Shown: positions 17,342 to 26,970 of the stretch, piece after piece
How positions within the stretch are numbered: position 1 is the stretch's first letter
How the letters are laid out: the number at the start of each line of letters is the position of its first letter
IMG/VR virus record: IMGVR_UViG_3300034631_000059
DNA length: 64,000 nucleotides
Reading direction: 5' to 3' (one strand)
From: a virus
Made by a program: the position numbers and the translations under genes
The notes under the pieces: generated by a model
What the model saw: only the letters and a program-made list of their open reading frames with translations
What the model was told of the DNA's origin: nothing
The model's database searches: none

Positions 17342-18933
17342 GCGCCGCCCTGGCGGAGGAGCCGCCACCGACCTTCGACCTGGACCACCGCCCTACCGAC
17401 GCGGCCGAGCTGGTCATGTGCTTGCAGGATCCGCTTTGGCGGCTGTGCAGCGGCTTCCTCTACAAGATCATCGTCAAGTCTGAGAGCAGCGAGACGGGCA
17501 ACGTGGTGATGCCCTTCCGCCCGAACGCTGCCCAGATGGACTTCCTGATGAACCTCTGGCACCGCAACCTCATCCTGAAGGCGCGGCAGCTTGGGTTCAC
17601 CACCCTCATTGCGCTGATGTGGCTGGACCACGCGCTGTTCAATGCGAACCAGCGGTGCGGCATCATCGCCCAGGACAAAGACACCGCCGCAGTCATCTTC
17701 CGCGACAAGGTGCGCTTCGCCTACCTCAATCTGCCGGACGACCTGCGCGCCCAGATGCCCCTGGCCCGCGACAGCGCCGCCGAGCTTCTCTTCGGGCACA
17801 ACAACAGCTCCATCCGCGTGGCGACCAGCGTGCGCGGCGGCACCCTGCACCGGCTCCACGTGTCCGAGTTCGGCAAGATTGGCGCGAAGTACCCGGCCAA
17901 GGCTGAAGAGGTGGTCACGGGCTCCCTTCCCGCCGTGCCCACGGATGGCATCGCCATCATCGAAAGCACGGCCGAGGGCCAGGAAGGCCACTTCTTCAAG
18001 ATGAGCCAGAAGGCGGAGGCCGACCACCAGGCCAAGCGCCGTCTGAGCCAGAAGGATTACCGCTTCCACTTCTATCCCTGGCACGAGAACCCGGAATACA
18101 GCATCGACCCGCGCGGCGTGCGGATCACCGCGAAGGACCACGAATACTTCCACAAGGTGGAGGCGGCGACCGGGCGGCGACTCTCCATGCGCCAGCGCGC
18201 TTGGTACTGCGTCACGCGGGACAGCGAGTTCAGCGGCGATCCGGCCCTGATGTGGCGGGAGTACCCCTCCACCCCGACCGAGGCGTTCCAGCAGTCCACC
18301 GAGGGCACCTACTACGCCACGCAGCTCGCGGCGGCGCGCATCGCCGGCCGGATCGGCCGCGTCCCCTATGTCGAAGGCGTGCCGGTCAACACCTGGTGGG
18401 ATATCGGCAACCGAGACGGCACCGCCCTCTGGCTGCACCAGCGCATCGGCGCCGAGCATCGTCTGATCGGCTTCATGGAGGCCTGGGGCGAGCCCTACAG
18501 CTACTTCGTCCGCCTGCTGCAGGCGACTGGCTATGTCTGGGGCACCCATAACCTGCCTCACGACGCCACCGCGAAGCGGCAGCAGGGCACCGTCATCCGC
18601 AGCCCGCTCGACATGCTGGAGGAGCTGACGCCCGGCTGGCGCTGGAACATCGTGCCCCGGGTGGACGAGATCCAGACGGGCATCCAGGCCACCCGCGCCC
18701 TCTTCGGCCAGTGCTGGTTCGATGAGGTGGCCTGCAAGGAAGGACTGGCGCACCTCGCCGGCTACCGAAAGACCTGGGACGACAGGCTGGGCGTGTGGCG
18801 CAACGAGCCCCGGCACGACATCCACTCCGAAGCCGCCGACGCATTCCGTCAGCTCGCGCAGGGCTGGGAAGACCCCGCCCCCCCGGCCGGCTCCCGCCCC
18901 AAGCGTCGCCGCCGCGGCGGCATGGCCGTCTAG
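17338..18933 (+). CDS. terL: Terminase large subunit
   Basis: ILKARQLGFTT, LHVSEFG, IIESTAEG, WWDIG, LPHDA and HSEAADAFRQ motifs; GTGA overlap with terS. Confidence 0.92.
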   Translation: MSAALAEEPPPTFDLDHRPTDAAELVMCLQDPLWRLCSGFLYKIIVKSESSETGNVVMPFRPNAAQMDFLMNLWHRNLILKARQLGFTTLIALMWLDHALFNANQRCGIIAQDKDTAAVIFRDKVRFAYLNLPDDLRAQMPLARDSAAELLFGHNNSSIRVATSVRGGTLHRLHVSEFGKIGAKYPAKAEEVVTGSLPAVPTDGIAIIESTAEGQEGHFFKMSQKAEADHQAKRRLSQKDYRFHFYPWHENPEYSIDPRGVRITAKDHEYFHKVEAATGRRLSMRQRAWYCVTRDSEFSGDPALMWREYPSTPTEAFQQSTEGTYYATQLAAARIAGRIGRVPYVEGVPVNTWWDIGNRDGTALWLHQRIGAEHRLIGFMEAWGEPYSYFVRLLQATGYVWGTHNLPHDATAKRQQGTVIRSPLDMLEELTPGWRWNIVPRVDEIQTGIQATRALFGQCWFDEVACKEGLAHLAGYRKTWDDRLGVWRNEPRHDIHSEAADAFRQLAQGWEDPAPPAGSRPKRRRRGGMAV

Positions 18934-18941
18934 GAGACAGC

Positions 18942-19376
18942 ATGAAGCACCGCATCGCCATCGACCTCACCAGGAGGTTCTTCCAGCGGGTCACGCGCGG
19001 CTACGTCATCACGGGCACCTGGCGCCTCGATCAGAGCCCGCCCGAGCCGTGCCTTGTCGTCACCCTCCCCTACCGCGCCATCAGCTTCGAGCGCACGACC
19101 CCGTGCGTGGTGCCTCTGCGCTCCGCGCACATTTGGGCCGGCACCTCGCGGAAGGACCATGAACACGTTGCCGAGATGTGCGGCGAGTTCCTGGCCGCGC
19201 TGGGCGAGAGGTTCAGCGGCCCGGCGGCCATCCAGCTCGCGCTGGCGGTCCATGACCACATTCCCGACCTCCTGATGATCCCGCCCTACTCCGGCGAGAG
19301 GGAGGTGGTGGGCGAAGTCACCCGCACCGGGCCGGACGGTAAGGTCCACGAAGACACCATCATGGAGCGCATCTGA
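18942..19376 (+). CDS. Hypothetical phage protein
   Basis: AGGAG RBS; lies between terL and portal, coupled to the portal start. Confidence 0.75.
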   Translation: MKHRIAIDLTRRFFQRVTRGYVITGTWRLDQSPPEPCLVVTLPYRAISFERTTPCVVPLRSAHIWAGTSRKDHEHVAEMCGEFLAALGERFSGPAAIQLALAVHDHIPDLLMIPPYSGEREVVGEVTRTGPDGKVHEDTIMERI

Positions 19377-21787
19377 TGTTCGAGGGCGAGCGGCGCGATA
19401 GCCCCATGGGGTTCACCGGGGGCGGGAAGAAGACGGATGCGGTGGATCGCGTCCTCTCTCGCCCTGCCGCCACTGCCCTGGATAGGGCACGGAAGGCCGG
19501 GGACGGTGCGGACAAGGGCCTGGACAGCGACGAGGCGATCCGCCTGCACGGCACGCTCATGTCCTTCTACACGCGCGAGCTGGAACGGCAGGGCGTGAAC
19601 CGTGCCGAGATGGCCCGCGACGAAGCGTTCTATGACAATGAGCAGTGGGACCCCCAGGACGCCGCGACCCTGCGCGACCGCGGCCAGGTGCCCCTCGCCT
19701 ACAACGTCATCTCCACGGCCGTTGACTGGATCATCGGCACCGAGAAGCGCGGCCGTACGCAGTACAAGATCCTCCCACGCCGCAAGGACAGCTCGAAGCA
19801 GGCCCAGCGGAAGACGGACCTGTTCAAGTACCTGGACGATGTAAACTACGCCCCCTTCCAGCGGAGCCGCGCCTTCGAGGATGCGGTGAAGGTCGGTCTC
19901 GGCTGGATGGAGTGCGGTGCCCAGGAGGATGACGAGGGCGAACCCCTCTTCGACCAGTACGAGAGCTGGCGGAACATCCTCTGGGATAGCGCCTCCACGG
20001 ACCCGGCGCTGCGCGACTGCCGTTACCTCACCCGCACGAAGTGGCTGGACCTGGACTTGGCGCAGGCCATGTTCCCGAACCGCGCCGGTATGCTCCGGCT
20101 AGCGGCCGAGAACGGCACGGAGGGCTATCACGGGTCCGACACCATCCACGGCGACGAGGCCATGGACAGCCAGGAGCAGTCCCTCGACGCCCATACCGGC
20201 CTGACGGAGATCGAGGCCGCCCCGCGCCGCCGCGTGCGCGTGATCGAAATGTGGTTCCGCAAGCCGGTCATGACGAAGAAGATCAAAGGCGGCGAGTTCG
20301 CGGGAGAGGTGTACGACGACTTCTCGGCCGGGCATCGGGAGGCGGTGGCGGCGGGCAACGGCCGCCTGATCGAGAAGGTGACGATGCGGATGCACGTCGC
20401 CGTCATGAGCATCAACGGCCTCCTGTTCGTGGCGCAGAGCCCGTACCGCCACAACGACTTCCCCTTCACGCCGATCTGGGCCTACCGGCGCGGCAAGGAC
20501 AACTTGCCCTATGGCGTGATCCGCCGCCTCCGGGACATCCAGGACGACATCAACAAGCGCGCCTCGAAGGCGCTGCACATCCTCTCCTCCAACAAGACCA
20601 TCATGGACGAAGGGGCCGTGCCGGACCTGGAAGAGTTCGCGGAGGAGGTGTCTCGCCCCGACGCGATCATCGTGAAGCGGGCGGGCAAGGAGCTGGTCAT
20701 CAACGCCGAGCGCGAGCTTGCCCCGGCGCACATGGAGCTGATGAGCCGGTCCATACAGATGATCCAGCAGGTGTCCGGCGTCACCGATGAGGCCATGGGG
20801 CGCACGACCAACGCCACCGCCGGCATCGCCATCCAGGCGCGGCAGCAGCAGGCCGGCATGGCGACGGCCGCCCTCTTCGACAACCTGCGCCTGCACTACC
20901 AGGTGCATGGCGGCAAGAAGCTCTCGGTGATCGAGCAGTTCTGTTCGGAGGAGAAGGCATTCCGCATCACCAACGCGCGCGGGACGCCGACCTATATCCA
21001 GGTGAACGATGGCCTGCCTGAGAACGACATCGTTCGCTCCAAGGCCGATTTCGTCATCTCCGAGGAGGACTGGCGGGCGAGCGTGCGGCAGGCGCAGGTG
21101 GCCGAGCTGATGGACCTGATGGCGAAGATCGCGCCCGTGGCTCCGCAGGCCGTGCTGGTCCTCCTCGATTTGGTCGTGGAGAGCATGGACATCGGGAACC
21201 GCGAGGAGATCGTGAAGCGGATCCGGCAGCTCTCCGGCCAGCGTGACCCCGACGCCGAGGAGCTGACGGCGGAAGAGGTGGCCCAGATGCAGGAGAAGCA
21301 GCGCCAGGCGCAGCTTCAGGAGCGGGGCTTCATGGCGGAGGTGCTGCTGAAGGAGGCCAAGGCTGGCCTCACCCAGCAGCAGACCCAGGAGGTGGGTGCG
21401 AAGATCAACCAGATCGTCGCCACCATAGCCGGCACCAATGTCGGGGCACAGAAGGCTGCCCTGGAAGCCGCCCTTCTTGCCCTTTCGGCGCCGCCGGCCG
21501 CTCAGGTGGGCGACCTCATCCTGCACGAGAGCGGCTTCCAATCCCGCACCGAGCAGGAGGCGGACGCGCGGGCCCAGGGGATCATGCAGGGCGAGGAGCT
21601 GCAGGCCGCCCAGCGCGAGCAGGAAGCCGCGCAGGCGCAACAGCAGCAGGCTCAGGCCGAGCAGGAGCAGGCCCAGCAGGTGGCCCAGCAGGTGGCCCAG
21701 GCCAGGGAACAGGCGAACCCCACCGAGCGGGCGGCCATTGACCAGGCAGTGGCGCAGCAGCGCGGCGCCGGCCCGATGCCGGCGTGA
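19376..21787 (+). CDS. Portal protein (P22-like)
   Basis: 803 aa; FYDNEQW, RGQVPLAYNVI, AVKVGLGW, PYGVIRRLRDIQDDINKRASK, SGIA-like AGIAIQARQ, long Gln/Ala C-terminal barrel. Confidence 0.9.
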   Translation: MFEGERRDSPMGFTGGGKKTDAVDRVLSRPAATALDRARKAGDGADKGLDSDEAIRLHGTLMSFYTRELERQGVNRAEMARDEAFYDNEQWDPQDAATLRDRGQVPLAYNVISTAVDWIIGTEKRGRTQYKILPRRKDSSKQAQRKTDLFKYLDDVNYAPFQRSRAFEDAVKVGLGWMECGAQEDDEGEPLFDQYESWRNILWDSASTDPALRDCRYLTRTKWLDLDLAQAMFPNRAGMLRLAAENGTEGYHGSDTIHGDEAMDSQEQSLDAHTGLTEIEAAPRRRVRVIEMWFRKPVMTKKIKGGEFAGEVYDDFSAGHREAVAAGNGRLIEKVTMRMHVAVMSINGLLFVAQSPYRHNDFPFTPIWAYRRGKDNLPYGVIRRLRDIQDDINKRASKALHILSSNKTIMDEGAVPDLEEFAEEVSRPDAIIVKRAGKELVINAERELAPAHMELMSRSIQMIQQVSGVTDEAMGRTTNATAGIAIQARQQQAGMATAALFDNLRLHYQVHGGKKLSVIEQFCSEEKAFRITNARGTPTYIQVNDGLPENDIVRSKADFVISEEDWRASVRQAQVAELMDLMAKIAPVAPQAVLVLLDLVVESMDIGNREEIVKRIRQLSGQRDPDAEELTAEEVAQMQEKQRQAQLQERGFMAEVLLKEAKAGLTQQQTQEVGAKINQIVATIAGTNVGAQKAALEAALLALSAPPAAQVGDLILHESGFQSRTEQEADARAQGIMQGEELQAAQREQEAAQAQQQQAQAEQEQAQQVAQQVAQAREQANPTERAAIDQAVAQQRGAGPMPA

Positions 21788-21999
21788 TGTGGCGGGTTCG
21801 GAGGCAAGTCATCGGCACCCATCACTTTCGGGTGCCGCCATGGCGGCTGCGGCGCGGCGACATGAGCGCCCGATGGTCCCGGCGCTGGCGCTGGAAGGCC
21901 TGGGGCCCGACCACCCGGTGCGACCGCCGGGACGCCTCCCCTGCACCGCGCATCACAGGAACCCCCGTGCCAATCCCGGCCGGACGAAGGAGAGAGAGC

Positions 22000-22437
22000 A
22001 TGAACGACATAACCAAGCCGGTGACGGAAGAGGAGCTGCAGGCGAAGGCCGTCGCGCCGCGCGTCAGCATGGAGCGCCTGGAAGGGCTCGTTCGCACCAC
22101 CGAGTTCCACCGACCGAACGATGCCTCAACCCTGACCATCTGCACCGTCACCACGAAGCAGGGGTTCTCCGTGGTGGGCGAGAGCGCGGCAGCCGCCGGG
22201 CCCAACTTCGACCCCGCCATCGGCATGCGGATCGCGCGCCAGAACGCCCTGAACAAGTTGTGGCCGCACGAGGGCTACCTGCTGCGGGCGATCCTGGCGG
22301 CCAGCGAGGGTGAGGGGCTGGAGCGGCTGGTGACGGAGCTGGAGGACAGCCGGGCGGTCAATGGTGGCGACCTCACCACGGCCGACACCGTGAAGGAGGT
22401 GCTGCGCCTCTTCCGTAACCTGATGACGGAGGGGTAA
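22000..22437 (+). CDS. Phage gp49/gp66 family protein (possible Acb4-like sponge)
   Basis: LTICTVTTKQGFSVVGESA...NFDPAIGMRIARQNALNKLWPHEGYLL pattern; AAGGAG RBS. Confidence 0.8.
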   Translation: MNDITKPVTEEELQAKAVAPRVSMERLEGLVRTTEFHRPNDASTLTICTVTTKQGFSVVGESAAAAGPNFDPAIGMRIARQNALNKLWPHEGYLLRAILAASEGEGLERLVTELEDSRAVNGGDLTTADTVKEVLRLFRNLMTEG

Positions 22438-22555
22438 GCACCACATTACCCAAGCCATATTATTGGATAGGAAATCTTCCATCGCGGCGCGGTTCATGCC
22501 AAGAATCATGAGCCGCGCCGGTCGGAGATCACCGGCAGATAAATAGGAGGCCTTC

Positions 22556-22780
22556 ATGGTCAAGCCCGCCACCTCTGCCGAGCCCAAGAAGAAGGCCACC
22601 GACGCCTTCAAGAAGGGCCAGAAGATCACCTTCGCCATCGGCCACCGCACCGGAACCCTGACCGGCGACGGCACCATCACGGGCGCGATCAGCCCGGACG
22701 GCCGCCGCATGGAGATCCAGAAGAAGGACGGCTCCGGCACGACCTGGGCCTTCCCGTCGCAGATCAAGGCCGCCGCCTGA
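22556..22780 (+). CDS. Small basic beta-rich protein (74 aa)
   Basis: TAGGAGG RBS, preceded by an AT-rich spacer and a long hairpin. Confidence 0.75.
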   Translation: MVKPATSAEPKKKATDAFKKGQKITFAIGHRTGTLTGDGTITGAISPDGRRMEIQKKDGSGTTWAFPSQIKAAA

Positions 22781-22826
22781 CGCAGCCGGGGCGGCCTGGC
22801 GCCGCCCCTCTACGAGGAGAGACGGC

Positions 22827-23222
22827 ATGATCCGTTCCTACCCGCTGGGCTTCTCCGGCGCCGCCATCGCCGCCATCGCGATGGCGTGCCACGAGGCCAA
22901 CCGCGCTTGGTGTGAGGCGCAGGGCGACCGCTCCATCAAGCCCTGGGCCGAGGCGCCCACGAACATCAAGGACAGCGCCGTCGATGGCGTCTGCTTCCAC
23001 ATCGAGAACCCCGATGCCGGCGCGCAGGCCAGCCATGACAATTGGCTGAAGTTCAAGGAGGCCGATGGCTGGGTCTATGGCCCCGTGAAGGACGCCGAGG
23101 CGAAGACGCACCCCTGCATGGTGCCCTTCGCGGAGCTGCCGGTGGAGCAGCAGGCCAAGGACGTGATGTTCCGCAACATCGTCCACTCGCTCGCACCCGC
23201 GGCGCGGGTGGTCTTTCCCTGA
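22827..23222 (+). CDS. RyR-domain protein
   Basis: HEANRAWC, SHDNWLKFKEADGWVYGPVKD..AKTHPCMVPFAELP..QQAKD; GAGGAG RBS. Confidence 0.85.
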   Translation: MIRSYPLGFSGAAIAAIAMACHEANRAWCEAQGDRSIKPWAEAPTNIKDSAVDGVCFHIENPDAGAQASHDNWLKFKEADGWVYGPVKDAEAKTHPCMVPFAELPVEQQAKDVMFRNIVHSLAPAARVVFP

Positions 23223-23236
23223 TCGGAGGCTGAAGC

Positions 23237-24145
23237 ATGAGCGGAACCCAGGGCGGGGCCGTGATCCCCGACGACGACAACGCCGATGTCGAGCTGACCG
23301 AGGAGGAGCGCGCGGCACTGGCCGAGCCGGATGACGGCGCGAACGGCGATCCCGACAACGGGCAGGAGACGGTCCCGGCTGGCAAGACCGGCGACGCCAA
23401 GCCGCCCGAGGGCAAGGACGCCCAGCCCGGCGCCGACACAGAAAACCCCGGCGCCGACTCTCAGCCCGCCGGGCGCGACGACGGCGGGGCGGTGGACGAT
23501 GAACCCACAACCTCACCGCAGGTTCTTCGCCCCAGCGCGCCCGAAGGCGCTGCCGATCGGCTGAAGGCCATCGACACCGAGCGCACCGAGCTGGCCCAGA
23601 AGTTCGATGATGGCGAGCTGACCGGCAAGGAGTTCCGCGAGGCGGACAAGAAGCTGGAGGAGGAGCGCGCCGGGCTGGCCTGGGCCATCCAGAAGGATGA
23701 ACTCGCCGGGGAGCTGAACAGCCAGCAGCGAGAGCGCGACTGGTTCCGTGAGGTGAATGAGTTCGTCGCCGCCCACCCCGAGGTGAAGGAGAACGAGACC
23801 CTCTGGGCCGCCTTCGACCTCCATGTTCGGAAGGTGACGGGCAGCGAGGATGCCAAGGGCCTGTCCGACCGAAAGATGCTCGCCAAGGCCTTCGACGGCT
23901 GGAAGAAGGATCTCGGCCGCGACAAGCCCGCCGCTCCCGCACCAAAGGTGGAGCCCAAGCCCACGGCCGAGCGCCCTGCCCTGCCGCCGACGCTGCGGAA
24001 CGCGCCGGCTGCCGAGGCGCCGAACGCCAGCGACGGCGAGTTCGAGGCGCTGGATCGCCTCGCGAACACCGACCCGCTGGCCTACGAGGCCGCTATGGCG
24101 AAGCTCTCGGACGCGCAGCGCGAACGCTACCTCGCGGCCGGGTAG
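23237..24145 (+). CDS. Putative scaffolding protein
   Basis: Acidic disordered N-terminus, FDDGELT helical core, LPPTL motif; position before the capsid gene. Confidence 0.7.
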   Translation: MSGTQGGAVIPDDDNADVELTEEERAALAEPDDGANGDPDNGQETVPAGKTGDAKPPEGKDAQPGADTENPGADSQPAGRDDGGAVDDEPTTSPQVLRPSAPEGAADRLKAIDTERTELAQKFDDGELTGKEFREADKKLEEERAGLAWAIQKDELAGELNSQQRERDWFREVNEFVAAHPEVKENETLWAAFDLHVRKVTGSEDAKGLSDRKMLAKAFDGWKKDLGRDKPAAPAPKVEPKPTAERPALPPTLRNAPAAEAPNASDGEFEALDRLANTDPLAYEAAMAKLSDAQRERYLAAG

Positions 24146-24160
24146 CAGGCACGGCGCGAC

Positions 24161-24547
24161 GTGTTCCGCACCAACATGAAGGCTGGCGAGCAGGTGGCGG
24201 CCGGGGATGTGATCGTCACGTTCCTTGGTCGCCATGAAGGCCAGTGCCGCTTCACGGTGGAGGTGGGCGGGCACGTCGCATCGCACGCAACCAAAGGTGC
24301 CGAGCGGATTGATATTCTGCCCGGCATCTTCTTCATCGTGGAGCGCCGCGCGGAGATGAAGCAGGGATGGCGCGGCGGTGGAGGAGAACGCGTTCGTCTC
24401 TCTCTCGAAGCGCCATCTGCGGTGATGGTGCGCAAGCTCCCCAAGAAATCTTGTCAAGTAGAATCGCGCACGTGTAATCTCGAAGCCTCAGCATCTCGGG
24501 CGCAGGAGTGCCCATGCGGAACAACCATTCCACATGGGACCCTTTGA
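24161..24547 (+). CDS. CsrA-like tandem-domain protein
   Basis: KAGEQVAAGDVIVTFLGRHEGQCRFTVE and ERVRLSLEAPSAVMVRK resemble the CsrA beta strands; start uncertain (24161 or 24176). Confidence 0.5.
   Translation: MFRTNMKAGEQVAAGDVIVTFLGRHEGQCRFTVEVGGHVASHATKGAERIDILPGIFFIVERRAEMKQGWRGGGGERVRLSLEAPSAVMVRKLPKKSCQVESRTCNLEASASRAQECPCGTTIPHGTL
24451..24480 (+). promoter_or_regulatory. Possible promoter for the capsid gene
   Basis: TTGTCA (24451-24456), 18-nt spacer, TAATCT (24475-24480) in a locally AT-rich patch. Confidence 0.35.
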
Positions 24548-25654
24548 ATGACGCAGACCGTCATCCCGTTCGGTGATCCGCGAGCCCAGAAGAAGTGGTC
24601 CTCGCAGCTTTTCATCGACAAGGCCAAGAAGTCGTACTTCGACCGCAAGTTCGTGGGCGAGGGTGAGAACAACGTCATCCAGCGGAAGACGGAGGTGGAG
24701 TCCGATGCGGGCGACACCATCCAGTTCGACCTGTCCGTCCAGCTCCGCGGGAAGCCCGTGCGCGGCGACAACCGCGTGAAGGGCACGGAGGAGAACCTGA
24801 AGTTCTTCTCCGACGAGGTGAAGATCGACCAGATCCGGCACCCGGTCTCGGCGGGCGGCCGCATGTCCCGCAAGCGCACCGCGCACAACCTGCGCTCCAT
24901 CGCGAGGGATCGCCTGTCCGACTATTGGGCGCAGTACATCGATGAGCTGTACTTCATCTACCTGGCCGGCGCGCGGGGGGTGAACCAGGACTTCATCGAG
25001 GACACGACCTACGCCGGCCACGCCGGGAACCCCATCGAGGCCCCCGACGCCGGCCACATCCTCTACGGCGGCGCCGCGACCTCCAAGGGCACGCTGACCG
25101 CCGCCGACAAGATGAGCCGCGTGCTGATCGAGAAGGCGCAGACGGCGGCCCGCATGATGCGCGCCCAGGACCCGACCACGGCGAACATGCAGCCCGTCAC
25201 GGTGAACGGCGAGAGCCGCTACGTGATCCTGATGAGCGCCTGGCAGGAGTACGACCTGCGCACCTCCGACGCCGCGGGCTGGCTGGAGATGCAGAAGGCC
25301 GCCGCCGCCGCCGAGGGCCGCGACAACCCGATCTTCAAGGGCGGGCTGGGCATGCTGGGCAACACCGTCCTGCACTCCCACGAGAGCGTCGTGCGCTTCA
25401 ACGATGGCGGCGCGGGCGCGAACCTGCCCGTCTCGCGCGCCCTCTTCATGGGGCGCCAGGCCGCGGTGGTCGCGCACGGCACGGCCGGCGGTCTCCGCTT
25501 CATGTGGCAGGAGGAGGTGGACGACTACGGCAACGAGCCCGTGGTGAACGCCGGCACCATCATCGGCATCAAGAAGGCGCGCTTCAACGGGAAGGACTTC
25601 GGCATCATGGCGCTGGACACCTACGCCGCCGATCCGACCGGCAAGACCTTCTGA
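24548..25654 (+). CDS. Major capsid protein, N4-gp56 family
   Basis: MTQTVIPFGDPRAQKKWS, GDTIQFDL, EENLKFFSDEVKIDQIRH, GRMSRKRTAHNLR, GIKKARFNGKDFG. Confidence 0.92.
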   Translation: MTQTVIPFGDPRAQKKWSSQLFIDKAKKSYFDRKFVGEGENNVIQRKTEVESDAGDTIQFDLSVQLRGKPVRGDNRVKGTEENLKFFSDEVKIDQIRHPVSAGGRMSRKRTAHNLRSIARDRLSDYWAQYIDELYFIYLAGARGVNQDFIEDTTYAGHAGNPIEAPDAGHILYGGAATSKGTLTAADKMSRVLIEKAQTAARMMRAQDPTTANMQPVTVNGESRYVILMSAWQEYDLRTSDAAGWLEMQKAAAAAEGRDNPIFKGGLGMLGNTVLHSHESVVRFNDGGAGANLPVSRALFMGRQAAVVAHGTAGGLRFMWQEEVDDYGNEPVVNAGTIIGIKKARFNGKDFGIMALDTYAADPTGKTF

Positions 25655-25684
25655 GCCGGCAGAGCAGGAAAGGACCCCTCTCGC

Positions 25685-26128
25685 ATGGCCATTCTTCGTA
25701 CCGCGATGGCGCTGGGCATTCTGACGCCCCCGCGCCCGCAGACCGCCGGAGCGGTTCACCAGTGCCGCTACGTCTTCGACAGCGGCGATGTCGGCGCCGT
25801 TGGCGCGGGCGATCTGGTGGTGCTGGGCCCGCAGCAGCCCTTCAGCCACGTGGTGGATGCCTACCTTCAGTTCGACGGCGACTGGACCGGCATCACCAAC
25901 CTCACGGTCGGCCTGTTCGACGCCGCCGCCAACGCTGGCGCGGGCGCGGTCGGCAACGAGCTGTTCGACGCGGTTGCGCCCGGCTCCGTGCTGGTCCGGC
26001 TGACGAAGCCGGACTGGCTCCGCCTGCCGATGATCGAGGGCGAGCGCCAGATCGGCATGAAGTTCTCCGGCGCGGTCGCCCGGCTGGCGGGGCGGCGAGC
26101 CACGCTCTCGCTTCTCTACCGCCAGTAG
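25685..26128 (+). CDS. Virion structural protein (putative capsid decoration)
   Basis: AAGGA RBS; beta-rich ORF directly after the capsid gene, followed by a terminator. Confidence 0.65.
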   Translation: MAILRTAMALGILTPPRPQTAGAVHQCRYVFDSGDVGAVGAGDLVVLGPQQPFSHVVDAYLQFDGDWTGITNLTVGLFDAAANAGAGAVGNELFDAVAPGSVLVRLTKPDWLRLPMIEGERQIGMKFSGAVARLAGRRATLSLLYRQ

Positions 26129-26141
26129 GGCGGCCCCGATG

Positions 26142-26172
26142 AAGGGCGGGGTCTAGGCCCCGCCCTTTCTCT
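26142..26172 (+). terminator. Intrinsic terminator
   Basis: AAGGGCGGGG-TCTAGG-CCCCGCCCTT followed by a pyrimidine run. Confidence 0.7.
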
Positions 26173-26195
26173 ATCCACCCAAGCGGAGAGCAGAC

Positions 26196-26957
26196 GTGCA
26201 GATCGAGTGCATCATCAAGCGGCCGGGCGGTTCGGAAGTCGAAATCGACGGCATCTTCTATCGCTTCCTCCCGAATGCCCGCGGCGCGCATGTGGCCGAG
26301 GTGCGCAACCGGGCCCACGCCAAGCGCCTCCTGTCCATGCCCGAGGGCTACGAGGCCTATGTGCCCGAGGAGGACGAGGACGAGGAGGACGAGACCGGCG
26401 AGCAGCGTGTGCCCGGCTCCCCCGAGGGCGGCCCCACGCTGCCGGTGGGTGTCGGCGCCGCCACCGCGGCGACCGCGAACCAGTCCACCGCCCCGGCCGT
26501 GCCCGCACCCAAGGGCACCCCGCAGGCCAATGCCAGCATCGCCGCGCAGTCCCAGGACGGCCAGCGGGTGGATCAGACCACCGTGCCGGTGCGGCCGGAG
26601 GGTGGCTCCCGCCAGCCCATGCCGTCCGATGCCCCGACCAACGGCCCGGCCGAGAACCCGACCAACGGCCCGACCACCATGGGCGAAGGCGGCGGGTCCG
26701 AGGAGGGCGGCGAGGAGGAGACCGACGAGGAGCGCGATGCCCACGAGCAGGCGGAGCGCGATGCGGCGGACGAGGCCAAGAACCGCCAGGGCGATGGCTC
26801 CGAGGATCAGGACGCCAAGCTGACGGCGGCCGTCGCGGTCGGCAACGACCCCGACGCCTCACTGGACGCGCTCCGCGCCGCCTATGAGGTGCGCGTCGGC
26901 AAGGTGCCGCACCCGCGCATGGGCGAAGCGGCCCTGCGCAAGGCCATCACGGCCTGA
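26196..26957 (+). CDS. Phage protein with disordered middle region
   Basis: IECIIKRPGGSEVEIDG..YRF.P N-domain, PTNGP repeated twice, C-terminal helical GKVPHPRMGEAALRKAI; GGAG RBS. Confidence 0.75.
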   Translation: MQIECIIKRPGGSEVEIDGIFYRFLPNARGAHVAEVRNRAHAKRLLSMPEGYEAYVPEEDEDEEDETGEQRVPGSPEGGPTLPVGVGAATAATANQSTAPAVPAPKGTPQANASIAAQSQDGQRVDQTTVPVRPEGGSRQPMPSDAPTNGPAENPTNGPTTMGEGGGSEEGGEEETDEERDAHEQAERDAADEAKNRQGDGSEDQDAKLTAAVAVGNDPDASLDALRAAYEVRVGKVPHPRMGEAALRKAITA

Positions 26958-26970
26958 TCCGGCGCGCGGC

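Noticed and set aside
21600-21780. CAGCAGGTGGCC-type tandem repeats
   Set aside because: Explained by the Gln/Ala-rich coiled-coil tail of the portal protein.
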